A stretch of 62,229 bases of DNA, the filler included, from Diploschistes diacapsis (taxonomy: Eukaryota), in NCBI GenBank assembly GCA_023645945.1. It is 19 parts of 19 records of this genome, joined end to end, with 100 filler letters (N's around TTAATTAATTAA, not from the genome) between each part and the next. Parts side by side here need not be neighbours in the genome. Positions count along the whole stretch, not along the records: positions 1 to 24,274 come from JALAIB010000243.1; 18 more parts are not named here. One strand, given 5' to 3'. Shown one piece after another: positions 11,168-24,374 of this stretch. The notes beneath the pieces were generated by a model. That model was not told the origin of the DNA. It worked only from the letters and a program-made list of their open reading frames with translations, and made no database searches. Numbering within the stretch: position 1 is the stretch's first letter; every line of letters begins with the position of its first letter. The translations under genes were made by a program, and so were the position numbers.

Positions 11168-14100
11168 GACGGAGACTTTGAGGACAGTGACAAATTAGGC
11201 CCTGAAAGTTTTATGCCTGATACTAGAAGTAGAAAGAACAAGCTTGAGAGCTGCTAAGTGGAAGCAGCTACACGGTTAGAGCCACTCTTTGTCGTGAGAA
11301 GTGTGGTGCAGCTCGCTTGATGGTCGATCAAGGAGAAGAATCAACGTATGTCCTTTACTGTTTGCAGGTTGTAATGCTTCCTTATGTGTAAACAGAGACA
11401 GAAACAACTCGGAGCAAGCGCATAGAGTATTGTCATATTTCATGTGAACCTATTGTCATCGAGTCTCCGATTGGGGTTACGAGATGAAGCAGGCCGTATG
11501 ACACAAACTTGGAGCTGGAGAGCGTAAGGAAGACCACAGAATAAACCAAATCGTAGTAACGGAGAACAGGTGCATACGAGATGGTTTAAATATGTGGTAT
11601 ACATTGATAATGAAACACAGCCAAACTACACCTCTACACATCCACCTGGCTTTCAGATTCCCTATGTACATAGACGAGAAAGAATGAAGAAGAACACCGG
11701 AATGACAAACCATGGACTTATATGACAGCCTCTTCAGGTGAGTTTACTCTTGCTTAGGAAGGTTTAAGAAAACTAACTGATTTGCCCCATATTCATACCA
11801 CTGATGGGACATACTGGAATAAGTTGAAGTCATCTCCTGTAATTTCACACCTTCGCGGACTAGCCAAGCAACATGCACAAATACCATGCTATGTCCGGGA
11901 TTCAATGAAGTCTTGTGCGCTGCACTAGTATCAGTCATGACAGTCCGCTATGATTGGAATGTATTACCTTTACTGGGCTCGAATAACCTCATAAGCTAGC
12001 CAGCATCTCTCAGGTCAGATGTCATTTTGAGTCGATAATTATACAACAATGATAAGTGGCCACTACTCGAAGGCCGTTCAGCCAATTCAGAAATGTCATC
12101 CCAGCGCTCAGTGCAAGCTGCCCGCAAACAGGAGAATCTCATTTCTGGAGAATAGTAGGAGAAAATCATTTGTTTGGCGGTAGATTCCGCAAGCTTGTTA
12201 TACCCATGGACAAGTCAAGTACTCAAATTTATCAAGGGACACTGGGGTCTCGAATATGAAAGAATTGTGAGCTGTCAATACTCGTAGGGCTGATGTGGGC
12301 ATCCTTGTCTGTACACAAAAATTGAAAGGGGCCATTATGGATGTACAATTCTGCGTTTCCTTCATATGAAGCATAGCCCGCTTGGTGCAAACTGTCTTCA
12401 ATGTTTCTGATCACAGATTTTGCTCAAGATCAGTTATGAACAGCCAGGCAATATTCAGAATATTTTGCACACCTAAAACCTTTTCCGCCATGACTCGACC
12501 AGCGAAGGCAGTAAAAGCTACTTGTATAAATTCGGGTCGTATTCCAAAGGATCGAAGGCGTTATCGAATTGTTGACCCGTCTATGGCTTACCGCACCAGC
12601 AGTCGCGAAGGGGCGGTCAAGGGAGGGGAGGTAAGATCCCGTGTGTGCGCTCGGTCAGGATCCAGGACTGTGCACCGCTGACATCGCTGTAGCCCACACT
12701 CCTGGATACTGGAACCTTTCCTAGCTGGGGGCGCCGACTCGGATTTGCTATCACCAATGACCCAGATTACCGGGGTACTGTGTGCAACATTTTGTAACTG
12801 GCACAAGGTAAACCGGTTTTGATAGATATAGTTGTATGTTTACCCGACATGTTGAACCCAAACTAAACGATTAACCTACTGTACTTAACTACCAATTATG
12901 GCATATATGACTGCGACGGCATCCCTACACAGCGTATACCCATCAACAAATGGAGTACTGCATCTGAGCTTTTTTGAGTTAAGAGTTTTAATTAGGAGTA
13001 GCTTGGGCCTTCGGTCCTAGCCCATTTGGGGGGGAATACGGACTAGCCTCCGCAGAAAGATCCTATAGATCCTGAACAGTACAACGACGTAGTACCAATC
13101 GATGAATACGATCAGCTCTGTGGTCAGAAATGGGGCTGATAGAATTAATATGAAGTCATTACAGATATGCGAGGACAATAAACAATAATGACATTATTGG
13201 CCGAGGTTTCTGGGAGATTAGTAAACTTCCCTAGCTAGCACGTGCTTAGTAAGCATTGTCGCTCGCTTGACGTTAGCCACGTGCGGTGGGCTTTGAACTT
13301 CGAAAACCTCTCCAAACCGGATGGGATGAAACACCACGCTGCCATCGCTGACTTTGCCCAAGCCACTTGTCCTTGGCGTGCGGTATGTTAAGGAGCGACA
13401 ACATCGTCTAGTGAGCAGGCCATGAGCACAAAGTGGTTAGTTGCCCCGGAGAGGAAAAATAATTGTATGGTGTGGCTTGTGTGACTGACTGTGGCTGCTT
13501 ATATTACAATATTTTATGCAATATTTATACAAAAATCTACTTTTTAGGCCTTTATGGGATCTTTGGTAGACAAACTATTTGGTCCAATTAATCGGTGATT
13601 AATCGATTAATATTCAATTAATAATCGAAGAACGATCGGCTCAACGGACGATCATTGATCAAGAATGGGAGATAAGGCACGAAACGCAAAATAGGTAACG
13701 AGGTGGCTTTTGACATGGTCATGCATGTGTGATACTAGACCTCTTTCTACCGACATATTCGACATACAAAGCCTGGTGATTAGTTTTCTATTACGGGAAT
13801 GTACTATATTGCGCTATATGGAACACGTGCTATTGACAATCGCCAAGTCTCGTTGTTAGCGAATACAAAGTTACAGATTCCAAAGTCGGTATGCTGCCTG
13901 CTTTGAAACTCACAAAATGCGGGCGGTGAATATTATCGTTACAAGAGTGGTACGTATTTTGTTTAGGATCGTTGTTCTCATATCCCATACGGCCAACGGC
14001 CAACCCTGAGGGAAAACAAAAAGTACGTGCAAGTCCTGTAGATAGTGTTCAGGAGTACCTTATGAACACAAGAGAGGCTGAATTGGATAATCTGGCCATG

Positions 14101-16328
14101 TGATGCATGTGATGCTTTGGAACACCCAGAATCAAGACACTATACACTCTACTGCCTAGATTTGTGCTAGAATGCTCCCTAATACTTGTCACTAGCTACC
14201 TACCTGCCTATTCTTCATCAGTGCATTGGTTCCTGCTGCTTGGCTATTCAAATATAAAGGAAGCGAAGCATGCTAATATCTTACTTACTATCGATAGAGC
14301 AACATCCAACGTGACGATTGGGCAGATCTTCGCTTGCATAGAATTAGTGGCCGATTCTTACCGGGGGCATGGCTCTGGTCCCAAACTCCTCAACCTCACT
14401 CCTCTTTTCTTTTTGTTTCTTCAAGCCTCTCCGGCACTTGTTGCACCTTCCGGACGATAAATTAACGGGCCAATATGCTAGCAGCCAGCCCTTGAGCAGC
14501 AAAATGTCTCTACCAGGGATATAATTTGATATCCACCGACTTCGGTGGCTTTTTCCCTATAAACAAAGCCATCTACAGCTAATGTTGCTCTCCACCACGT
14601 GTCGGCCAGTCGGCAACGTCAGTGCCGTCCGTCATTCCTTTACTCCAGCCAGCGAATCAGCGAATAACATGTAGTCATTTCAAGGAGAGTAGACCGTTAG
14701 CTCCCAGCGCCAGTATTTTACCACTGTTCTGTAACTCCGAATATAATCATGTTATTTACTCTCTGGTAATCAGACTGGTCACTTTACGTAAGCACACCAA
14801 TGCTCAATCAACTCTGTACGTCGTGTCAAACTACAAGGCTTGCTTTGGCTTCAAATGAACTCGGTCACATTCGGCAATGCTCGGTATTTTGGGCGGGTGT
14901 GGATAGCATAAAGCGACTTTGTATTACTACCCTCTTCCGTGGGCAGCCCACAACAGTTGCTGCCCAAGGGTCCTGCATCTGCGCAGACGTTGGGACTAAC
15001 CTCACTGCTAAATTCTGCAAGGCGACAAGTCAAGTTGCATATGCGCGTAGTAAGCATGTTTAGTCAAATACCCGATGCGCATATTATCCTGGCTTGTATG
15101 GAGAGAAAGTTTATTCTCAATTTACAAAGTAGAATTTTGGAGGAAGAGAAGTTGATCCCCCGAGGCTTCTCCATTTCCGTACAAGTTCACTGCCTGGCGC
15201 TAGCTTCGAGGGCGGAGACGAAAAAGATAGACAGATCTGGGAAAGGAGGGGAGGGAAGAAAGGATGGCTTCACCGCCTCAGCTAAGCCGGGGTTTGATGC
15301 TGATGAACTGGCTTGAAGCTAGCTAATGACTAGCTAAAAGCATATGAGATAACGGGGTAAACGTATGGAGATCTGCGGATGCCAATGCCTAAAAGCCCGT
15401 GTCCAACTGATAGCGTATTGGATATCAGGACGCCCGGCATCCAGGCGACTGGGAAGAAAGCGCATCCACCGATTAAAATAATACCCCGATTAAATACCGC
15501 GTTAAGCTTTGTTTTTGAGGCTAACTTTACCATAATACCTACTAGCCTGTGTTTTGCTCGTATAAGTTCAGCGTGGCCCTCGCTACAAATTGACTCGAGT
15601 ACGTACCCACCTGTAACTTGGGATATTCGCTAGCCACTAGCGGTTTAGTATGCTTTCCCAAGTTCTCTCTAATACAATACAATACAATACAATACAATAA
15701 CTGGCAGTTAGCAGCATCTTCTGTATTCAAACTTCCCCCCACTATTGCCCCCGTCAAGACCGCTATAATTTCCACTATTATTCCCACCATTATTGCCCAC
15801 CCCCCTCGCCTGCCGCCACACTTTTCCCACGCTGCAACTACCCACTTTGCTACACCCTTGCCTTTTCTGCGTTCACTCCCAATGGTGTTCCCCCTCCGAA
15901 TCTGACATACTAATAATGCGTGAAGGGACCCCCATGCTCGTCACCAGAGCTGGTTCTGCGTCGCTTCGTCCTCGCGTCCCATCCCATCGCCTCTTATTCT
16001 ATCTTCCTTTCGTTTTCCCATCATCGCGGCCTTGGCACTGGCCGGTATTGGACCTTACTTATCCCACAGCTTTACTGATTCCTTGAGGTTCCAGAGCTTT
16101 GCGCGGGCACTCCAGGAGTTCATATTGCCTCTTGAGTTTCTTCGTTCTGTGTGATGAGAACTAATATATCACCACTTCAAGCCACCGGTATCCCGTCCAC
16201 TTGCCGCGGCAGAGAAGGCTCGTCAGGGTCAGTACTCAAAAGTATCCATTCGGCCCTTTGTACAAGGGTGTGCAGCCTCGAGCAACTTGGCATAGGTACT
16301 GCTGGCTTCCTCAGGCCGAGCTTCCTAC

Positions 16329-16410
16329 GTACGTTCCGCGTCCCGCATACCGTGCCCCATTCTCTTCCCCCATACCATTCAGTATGTGATTCAAGTTACT
16401 GACTACTCAG
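16329..16410 (+). other. Probable 5'-UTR intron of the Zn2Cys6 gene
   Basis: GTACGT donor, ACTGAC branch point at 16398, CAG acceptor at 16410; 82 nt. Confidence 0.5.
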
Positions 16411-16815
16411 ATAGAGTAGATTTCCATCCAAGTCACACGGATCTTCGAGCCTTGTCCACCCAACCATCCATCTCACCGTCCCCTTGGGCCACCATCAAGC
16501 GAGCTGTTCAAGAGTCCTGTTGAAGCATTGGCGGTGTTCTCGGTTTTGTCAGTCCGAACTGACAACACTCCGTCCGTGGTCCGGGGAGAACACTGATACC
16601 TGTAACTGTTCGTTCCACAGAAACGTCAACACAAGAGATCAGTTGTGCGTTGGTGATACTTGTGGAAAGTCCTCAATCGCTTGGTACGGTGATTGCTAAA
16701 TCCCGCTGTGAGGCGCTTCTGTTGGACAGAGCGCATTTCCATATGGTGCTCTGTCGCCTAATTCACTAAACAGTTCTCTGCTTCATGGACGCGTCGAGAA
16801 GGTTATTGAAGGCAA

Positions 16816-19800
16816 ATGAAGATGGAAGATCCTGGCCCAGAGGCTGCCAAGCGACCGAGGCTTGAGCATTACGGTGACAGCCAACCTGTACAACGTATAA
16901 ATGAGCAGCAGCCCGAACCGCCTTTGCTGCTTCCGATGCACAACTACCCAGGCTCACATGCGCTCAGACCTCCATCCGCATACAGTCGGCCTCTTCCGCC
17001 TTCACCTTACAATCCGGGCCACGATCCCAGGGTACTTCACGAGCATCCAGCGCCGCCACCGCAGGGGGGCTACGAGGCTCATCGCCCTGGGTATACTACC
17101 CCTGGAAGGGATCGGCCCCCTCCGCCTGACACTAACCCTCTTCATGGAATACCCGGCACATCCGCTCAGTCTCCGGAACGCCCTTTGGGCGCAGCATTGC
17201 GTCCTACCAGTACTGCATTCGAAGCTGCAGCTCAACATTACGGACATCCTCCGGGGCATGAAGGCGTGGAGCCGCCACCGTCTTATCCTGCTCCGGAGCA
17301 CCTCAATGGCATGTACCACGCCCTTCCCGTCCATCAGGGACATGTGGATCCAGCACACGCTCCGCCTCCGCCGCCACACCCTCCACCTTCTCACCCACCT
17401 TCTCATCCACATTCTCATCCGCCTGCTTCAGCGTATGGTGAGCCACATATTCAGCATGGCCCACCGTATAGCGCGGGGGGTCCCTTCAGCGCCCCTCCAG
17501 CAGCAGTCCCGTGGATCAACAACAGACAGTATGCGCCACCGCCGAAAAAAGCTACTCGCGCACAACAGGTACGTAAATGTAGGATGAATGAAAGCTTGCA
17601 GTTGCTTATTTACTTTAGGCCTGCGAGATGTGCCGTCATCGGAAGGCACGATGTGACGAAGTCAGACCCTCGTGTGGATATTGCAAGGAAAATGGAACGG
17701 TGTGCATATACAAGGAGATGCAGGCACCAAAGTATGTTCTCCACGCACGGAACCTGCCATCTTGTCTGATCAGTCTAGGGCTGATCGAGCGCAAAAAGAA
17801 ATCATGGATCAACTGAGAAAGAGCGAGGATAATATCGAGCACCTCCGATCCTGCTTCAACAACCTGGATGAAAGGTTCGACCGAGTGGAGAAGAGCTTGA
17901 CCGAGATAGCCAAGGTTATTCGAGTCGACCGTAGGGGCAGTGAACCCAGAGAGACTAAGGTTGAGAGTCCGGTGTCCCCTGAAGTCGTGCCACCCGGTCT
18001 GTCGCTGCAGCCAAGTTTCTCCAATGCAGAGCCGTCGCGTATGGATCCTATGTATCAGCTTCCCAGTTCTCTTGACATTGATACCGTTGAAGAGACTTCT
18101 GCTGGCGTCAGCATACACATCGACCATACTACCGGAGCACACCGACTCTTCAAATGGCGCTCGATCGCCGACCTCTTCTCCGGGCGACAGATTAACGAGA
18201 ACTACGTGATGGAGAACGAAGAGCGAAAAGGTCTTCTCAGGCTTTATGGCAAGGGTCAGGGGATTGACCGCTATGACGGAGCGCAAAACGGGAATCCGTC
18301 GAGTCCGGCCAGTTCTTCGAGCGGTGATGACGTCTCGCGAAGCCCTAGCAATTCGTCCGATGATGATCTATGGGGTTCCGATTTGGGCTATCCTCACGTC
18401 GTGGACGGCAAATTCTTCAATAACGAGAAGGATCATCCTGGGGGTCTCACGCTCGAAGGAAACTTGAAGCTCGACCGGCAGACGGCGGTGGCTCTCCTGA
18501 ATAGCTATCTCGACAATATCCATATTTTTCACCCCTTTCTGGACAAAGCCCGACTGACGAGAATGGTGGAAAAGGTGTACAGGGACTACAACCCTGGCAG
18601 TTCCCACAACACCTTTCAGCCGTCCAGCGTGTCGCCTTTTGCCCCTCACTCTCGGCCACTGAAAAGGAAGCACTCGGGCGATGAAGCGGCGTTGGATGCG
18701 AGAGGGAATGCGGCACCGCGACAGACTCCTGCGGAACCAAGATTGACTCGGCGCATTTCGACTGCCATCGTACTTTTGGTAATGGCTCTCGGGAAAATTT
18801 GTCTCCATAGCAGCCCTCTGCCGGGATTTGCAAGCGAAACGGCAAGGGATGGACCAACCTCCTCCCATGCAACTTCACCAAACAACCACACTTTGTCGCC
18901 TGCGACTGCCGTGTCCTCCCCAATGAGTGCAGCAGAACTGCGTGGTCGCTCAACCCAAATTCGTGCCCCGGCTTCTGATAGTTCGAGCCACCGAGCTCCA
19001 CGCAAGGGCGACAGGAACGTTGATGTAATTCCCGGCTTGGCTTACTTCGCAAAGGCCTCTGACATTTTAGGCGGCTTGCAAGGTCATGATCTGCAGTTCG
19101 TTCAAGCGAACCTTCTCGCAGGGCTATATACGGCACAGTTGGCGTGCGTCATCGAAAGCTGGACATGGATACAACACGCGTGCAGGTGCTGTTACTTTGT
19201 AGTGCGTGATCCGACGTTTGCTAGGGAGCGGGATCCCAAGAGAGTCGACCTCATCCGATTCGCATATCTGACCTGTCTACAGCTCGAAAGCGACATACTC
19301 GCAGAGATGGACCTGCACCCGAGTGGGATTCAGAACATCGACCCCCAAAACACCATCAGCTTACCGAAGGGCGTGGTGGATGATGCAATGGACCTTACCA
19401 GTAACCAGAGGTCCGAGAAGTCGTCGGAAATCATGGTCTACTACTCGTTTCAACTGCACCTGAGGAAGATGTTGAACGATTGGCAAAAGTTTCTGTATCC
19501 TCCTGGCGGCAGCGAGCTGCTCGATCAGAAGTTCAAGCCCGAGGATGATACATTCTCCATGTCGGACCGTAACGGCTGCGAACAGACCTTGGCGTTGCTA
19601 CGACAATACATGGATCAGGACCCAAAGCTCCGTTGGGACGATAACGAGGAGCCGGCAAGCGACATCAATGCGGCGAGGCTTCGCGGTAAATATTATGGAG
19701 CGAAGTACATTGTCCATCGACCGTTCCTCTATTATGCCCTCCATCATTTCGATGCCAGCCACGTTACCGACGAAGCGATCAGAAAGCTCAAAACTTTTGA

Positions 19801-20310
19801 TCGTGACCCTGCTCAAGTTCCTCTGCAGGACCGGCCGGCTCAAGATGCCAGCAAACGCGAACGAGCGGATTGGCTTGTATTCCAAATGCTGATATCGTGC
19901 CGGATGTGCGTGGAGGCCGCCAAGCGCAGCACCACGGCCTTCGATGGAGTCCTGAAACACAAAAGGTTGATGGTGACCAACATTTTCGGTACCGCACATG
20001 CGTAAGTCTTTTCGGCTTCTATAGTTTGGCCCGGCGAAGCTAATATTTCTCCAGACAATTTGGGAACATGCTCGTTCTTGCCGCCACGTACAACTCCAAG
20101 CACCTATCGTGGTTGATTGAGAAGAGCGAGTTGTTAACTCTTCTCAACAGAACCATCTGTTTCCTCCAGTCGCTCGCACCGATATCGACAACTCTGGCGA
20201 CCGACGCCAGTCTCTTGTTGACGATCAAGGACAAAATCGAAGGCCCCGCCAGAGGCAGCATTGACATTCCGCATCATGCCTCTTCCTTTGGCTCGATGGC
20301 GAGCCATTAA
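16816..20310 (+). CDS. Zn(II)2Cys6 fungal transcription factor; exons 16816-17568, 17619-17731, 17779-20001, 20055-20310
   Basis: Splicing at GTACGT..TAG, GTATGT..TAG and GTAAGT..CAG keeps the frame and gives RAQQ|ACEMCRHRKARCDEVRPSCGYCKENGTVC (C6 cluster). Middle-homology-region motifs YLDNIHIFHPFL, DINAARLRGKYYGAKYIVHRPFL and TNIFGTAHA|QFGNMLVL. Pro/His-rich N-terminus. Confidence 0.92.
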
Positions 20311-23300
20311 TGGATTGACTTGGACCATCTTCAAAGCATATACGGGGCGTCCCTCTCCAACAAGAGGTCAATTCATGACCTCCAGCGACACTCAGAGAGG
20401 ATTGTAAGATCTTAAATTGAAGAGCATCACTACAGTACGTAAAAAGTGGTTTCACTTTTGGGCGGCAAGCTTTCGATCAGATGTGTCTATATCTGGGTCA
20501 CATCTCGACGTCACTACTTCTGACTTTACCTCACGGCGGCATACTGCAGCGTTTTTTGATGCTCAAGATACCTTTTCGCGGCGAGGCTTTTTTTTTCTCT
20601 TTCCTTGTGCATACGTCGTTATCGTTTCAGCGTCTTGTTTTTCGTAGGCCTCAGCATGTTGGCCATTTGAGCTTGGTTGGGCAGGGTCACAGCACTTTCT
20701 GGGTGGGATTCTAATTTTTGTCGTTACTGTGCGGCTTTTTGGTTATTGTTCTGCATATCCAACCAACTGCTTCGGGTGGCTACAATACCTTGGATCTTTC
20801 ATTTTGGCGGCGGCGGAACCTTGATTGTTGGCCCCAGAAGGCTTCTTGTTGTTAGATATGGGGCGTTTTGCATGGATGTTGGAGCACGGTTGCTTGACTG
20901 ACACCGTCTGACACCGTTCAGGGGCCCATCCAGGGGTGTGTATATGCCTTTGTGTGGATCTTGCTGGCATGGTGGTCGATCATGCTACGTCATAACGGCC
21001 GGTGCTGAAGCATTGACGGCCTTGACAGCGCTCTTTGTTAAGTAGCGATAACAGCCTGGAGTACTAGTGTGAAGGTAGGGCATTGGCGGTTAACGGGGGT
21101 TGTGATACGGTACATAGCTAGCACACACTGCATCTGGTTGATTGTCTGTCTATCACATAATTTCCCACCCAGCCCTCGGAGCAGTGAAAGCAGCCCTCTT
21201 TAGCTCTCGACAACTCGGGCGGGGGATACGAGAGCAAGGGCGAAGGGCCAGCGATGAGAGGCGCTGGGCGTGGAGTCGAGCAACCAATACATACTTTCAT
21301 AACCGTGCGTTCAAAACCTATGGAGCTGTCCGATCGCAATCGCAGTTCCGCGAAACGCCGTTACGGGGGGGCCTGACAAACCTTGCAATGTCCCCGGAAT
21401 CAGTTCCCATCGCTAGTGAGAATCTTGGCGCCTGTACTAATTCGTAAAAGTTTCGATATTTTATACAACGCCACCAACCCCTTCATCTATCTTTAATAGG
21501 CAGGAGGTTAAAGAGGGCAACAGCGAGCGCCCAAAGAGATTGAGTCCAGAAGAGGAAATGCATGGGGGGCAAAAATCCGCGATGCTTTTTTTTGTTTTTT
21601 TGGAAATAGACACTAAAAATCATGTGGGAATTTTCCTGTCCGTGAAAGCCCATCTCTCTCTCTCCCTTCCTCTTTCCCCCCTCTCTCTTTCTTTCTTTCT
21701 TTCAGATCAAGAGTATACCCACACGTATTTAATCTATACTTGGGATATATAGGTAGCTAGGTTGGGTATGCCCTGATGCTGCTGATATTGATGATGATGA
21801 TGACGATGACGACGATAGTGGTGGTAAGGAGGAGGGAGTATGTGTGTGTACATTATACGCCGGTGCTTACTCCGGCGGAAGGGAGGAATTGATGGATTGG
21901 TGCTGTGTTGGATACAAAGGTTGTGTGTCTGTGCGATCGATGTACCTGGAAGGGTCGATGATGGGGAACTTGCTGCTTGTTGCAGGGGGGGGCACGTTTG
22001 TGAATAGAATAGCAGGTAACATCAGAACGATTTCAAGCGGCTTTCTTACGATGTGGCCTGTGATGAACAATGTAGATGCGGGAGTAGTTCAGTAGGGGGC
22101 GCCAAAGAAGGACAGTGCCTGCCTGGCCATCGAGTGCCTTTTTTGGGGATGTTGAAAAGATAGTTACAGCTACTACTACTCCTTGTTCTCCCCAGAGGTT
22201 CGCGTGTCCACGTGCAGGCAGGCTTGAGCTTGAGTGGGGATGCGTTGTATTTGCTGTATTGTTCGCGTAGTCACTAAAGGAGACAACTTGCAAGATACAT
22301 GGATAGCAGCAACCGTTTTGGCGGTAGCGCTGTCAATCTGTCAGAGTCGGTGTAGGTACTAGCATGGGGGCTATTGAACGGGAAGGGGAGACCGTGGCTG
22401 GGATGCCAGTGCTGCCCAACAAAAGGAGGAGGGTGTATCTAGTAGGGGGGCTTTACAAGGGACCTACTGCAGTTTACGGTTATAGACTAAAAACCCACAA
22501 GCGATACTAATTCCTACTGTTTTGACTGCGCAAGGCGGGAGAAGCCGAGCACGAACTATTTCGGCACGAGCACGTTGTTTCATCCTGTACAGCCTATTTA
22601 TTTTATTGTGCATCTCAGCGTCTTTTCCATTCTCTGCCCTGCGATTTACTGGTCCGCAAGCTGTGGTTCGAGACGTCAAAAATCCATGCATGAGCTTATT
22701 CTCCCGTCTTTGGAAGATCTCACGCTCGGCTTCCTACAAGCGACGTGCCGAGCCGCTCTTGTATGACGATTCTGCAGCCTCAAGGGTCCCGGTTATTCTG
22801 CCCTTAGCTTAGCCGTGAGTTATCCGTCGTATTACCGGAAAAAGGTAACGCCGTGTACCAAACTGGTTTCAAAAATCTGCTGTATCCCCTTCGCCCAAAA
22901 AGGAGTGTGAAATGTATTGAAAGATACATATAATTAACGGACCAAATAACCGCTGCCCTAACGGCCACATTAAGATTTTTTTTATCCCCGAACTGGGAAC
23001 GATTGGACTGCCGTGAACGCCTATGTGTGGCCTAATCACAAAAGCGGTGTGAACGACTCGATTACATCTGCCATATCGCCGCTACTTTGCCCGATTAAAG
23101 GAGTATAGAAGCTTACATAGTAGGCAATAGGAAACATATGTGCTGCTTTCGAATATCTCCACTGACGTGGGCGTAGCCGCTTCCCTATACCGTGCTACGA
23201 CAAATCTATCTGTGCACTGTCTCGAAGAAGCACTTTCTGGAATTGCCGCAGCATCAAGCGAGCCAGCAAGCAAGAATATTCAGCAGCAGGTCATAATCGA

Positions 23301-24374
23301 AGAGTACGTGCTCAGCTGCTCCAAGCGGAGGCCACAACTAGCATAACGCTTCGAGCGGCCTCCAACATCCTTGCGTCTTAATATGCTCGATGCGCAGCTA
23401 TCTTAGGGCAGGGACTCATACGGGTATCCTACCAGCAACCCCTTCAAAAATCGCGATCACGACCAGGCATTAACGGCATAATCAACACTCCAAAGCATCT
23501 ATAGTAGGTCTTTCGGTATTGTCCCTGTTATACACTACAGCCTCGATTATCTCATGCTGTCGGTTCTGTTGTTCCGCACTTCCAATCCTCGTCCACCCCT
23601 CCAGCTCGACATTCATCACCAAACGAGACGCCAACAGAACAAGCTGGTAGACCAAAGTGCTCCCACACCCACCTCTTTTGTGCCGGCGAGACTTGTAAAT
23701 AAAAGCCAGACACATATCCTTTTGCATGCTTGTCTCGAGTACGAGCTAGGCGCGCGGCATGTTCAATACTAGTGCCTTCTTCTTCCTACCTCCCACACAT
23801 TCTCCCTATCTCCCATAGGTATTTCTTCCTTTCCATACTTTGCACCTATCTCCTGCACCTTCCTGCCACCTCCTTTCCATCCCCTTCCCTTTTCTCTACG
23901 GCTCTCACGAGCAGGAGAAGGAGTAACGGTCAAGCGATAATATATCGTACTGCCTTCGCCTGCCCAGGCATCAGAAATCAGATACCTTCCTTCCCGCCCC
24001 CTCTCTCTCAATTGCTTTTACACAGACTCCAGAAAGTCGAGCGACTCGATGACTCCAAGGAGACGGTCCCGTCTCAGACGCTCCAAAACCGCGGCTTATG
24101 CACAGGATGTCGGAGCCGGAATGCGGAGCCGGAACTGATGCCGTGCTCCACGTACTTTTGTGAAAGCAAAGCAGGTAGCTGATCCGGCAAGTCCCAGGCC
24201 GGCCCCCGAAGTACCTACGACCTGCATGCCCTCAGCCTTGTCCACGGGGCCCACACGGGGCATGGGGCACGGGGNNNNNNNNNNNNNNNNNNNNNNNNNN
24301 NNNNNNNNNNNNNNNNNNTTAATTAATTAANNNNNNNNNNNNNNNNNNNNNNNNNNNNNNNNNNNNNNNNNNNN

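Noticed and set aside
12970..13170. Possible structured ncRNA (hairpin GGGCC-TTC-GGTCC; AAATGGGGCTGA resembling the RNase MRP P4 strand)
   Set aside because: No matching 5' GAAAGTCCCC strand or snRNA motifs were found; it reads equally well as a decayed exon. An Rfam scan would settle it.
13986..14020. CATACGGCCA...GGAAAACA resembling a 5S 5' fragment (possible Starship target scar)
   Set aside because: Only ~10 nt match, with no upstream TATA and no complementary 3' fragment seen.
16296..16420. Possible stwintron (G|GTACTG...CAG|TATGTG)
   Set aside because: The internal intron lacks a branch site and the external one would be under 40 nt. A simple intron at 16329-16410 explains the sequence.
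20400..24274. Short ORFs between the Zn2Cys6 gene and the contig end
   Set aside because: No recognisable domain or consistent exon structure could be built.
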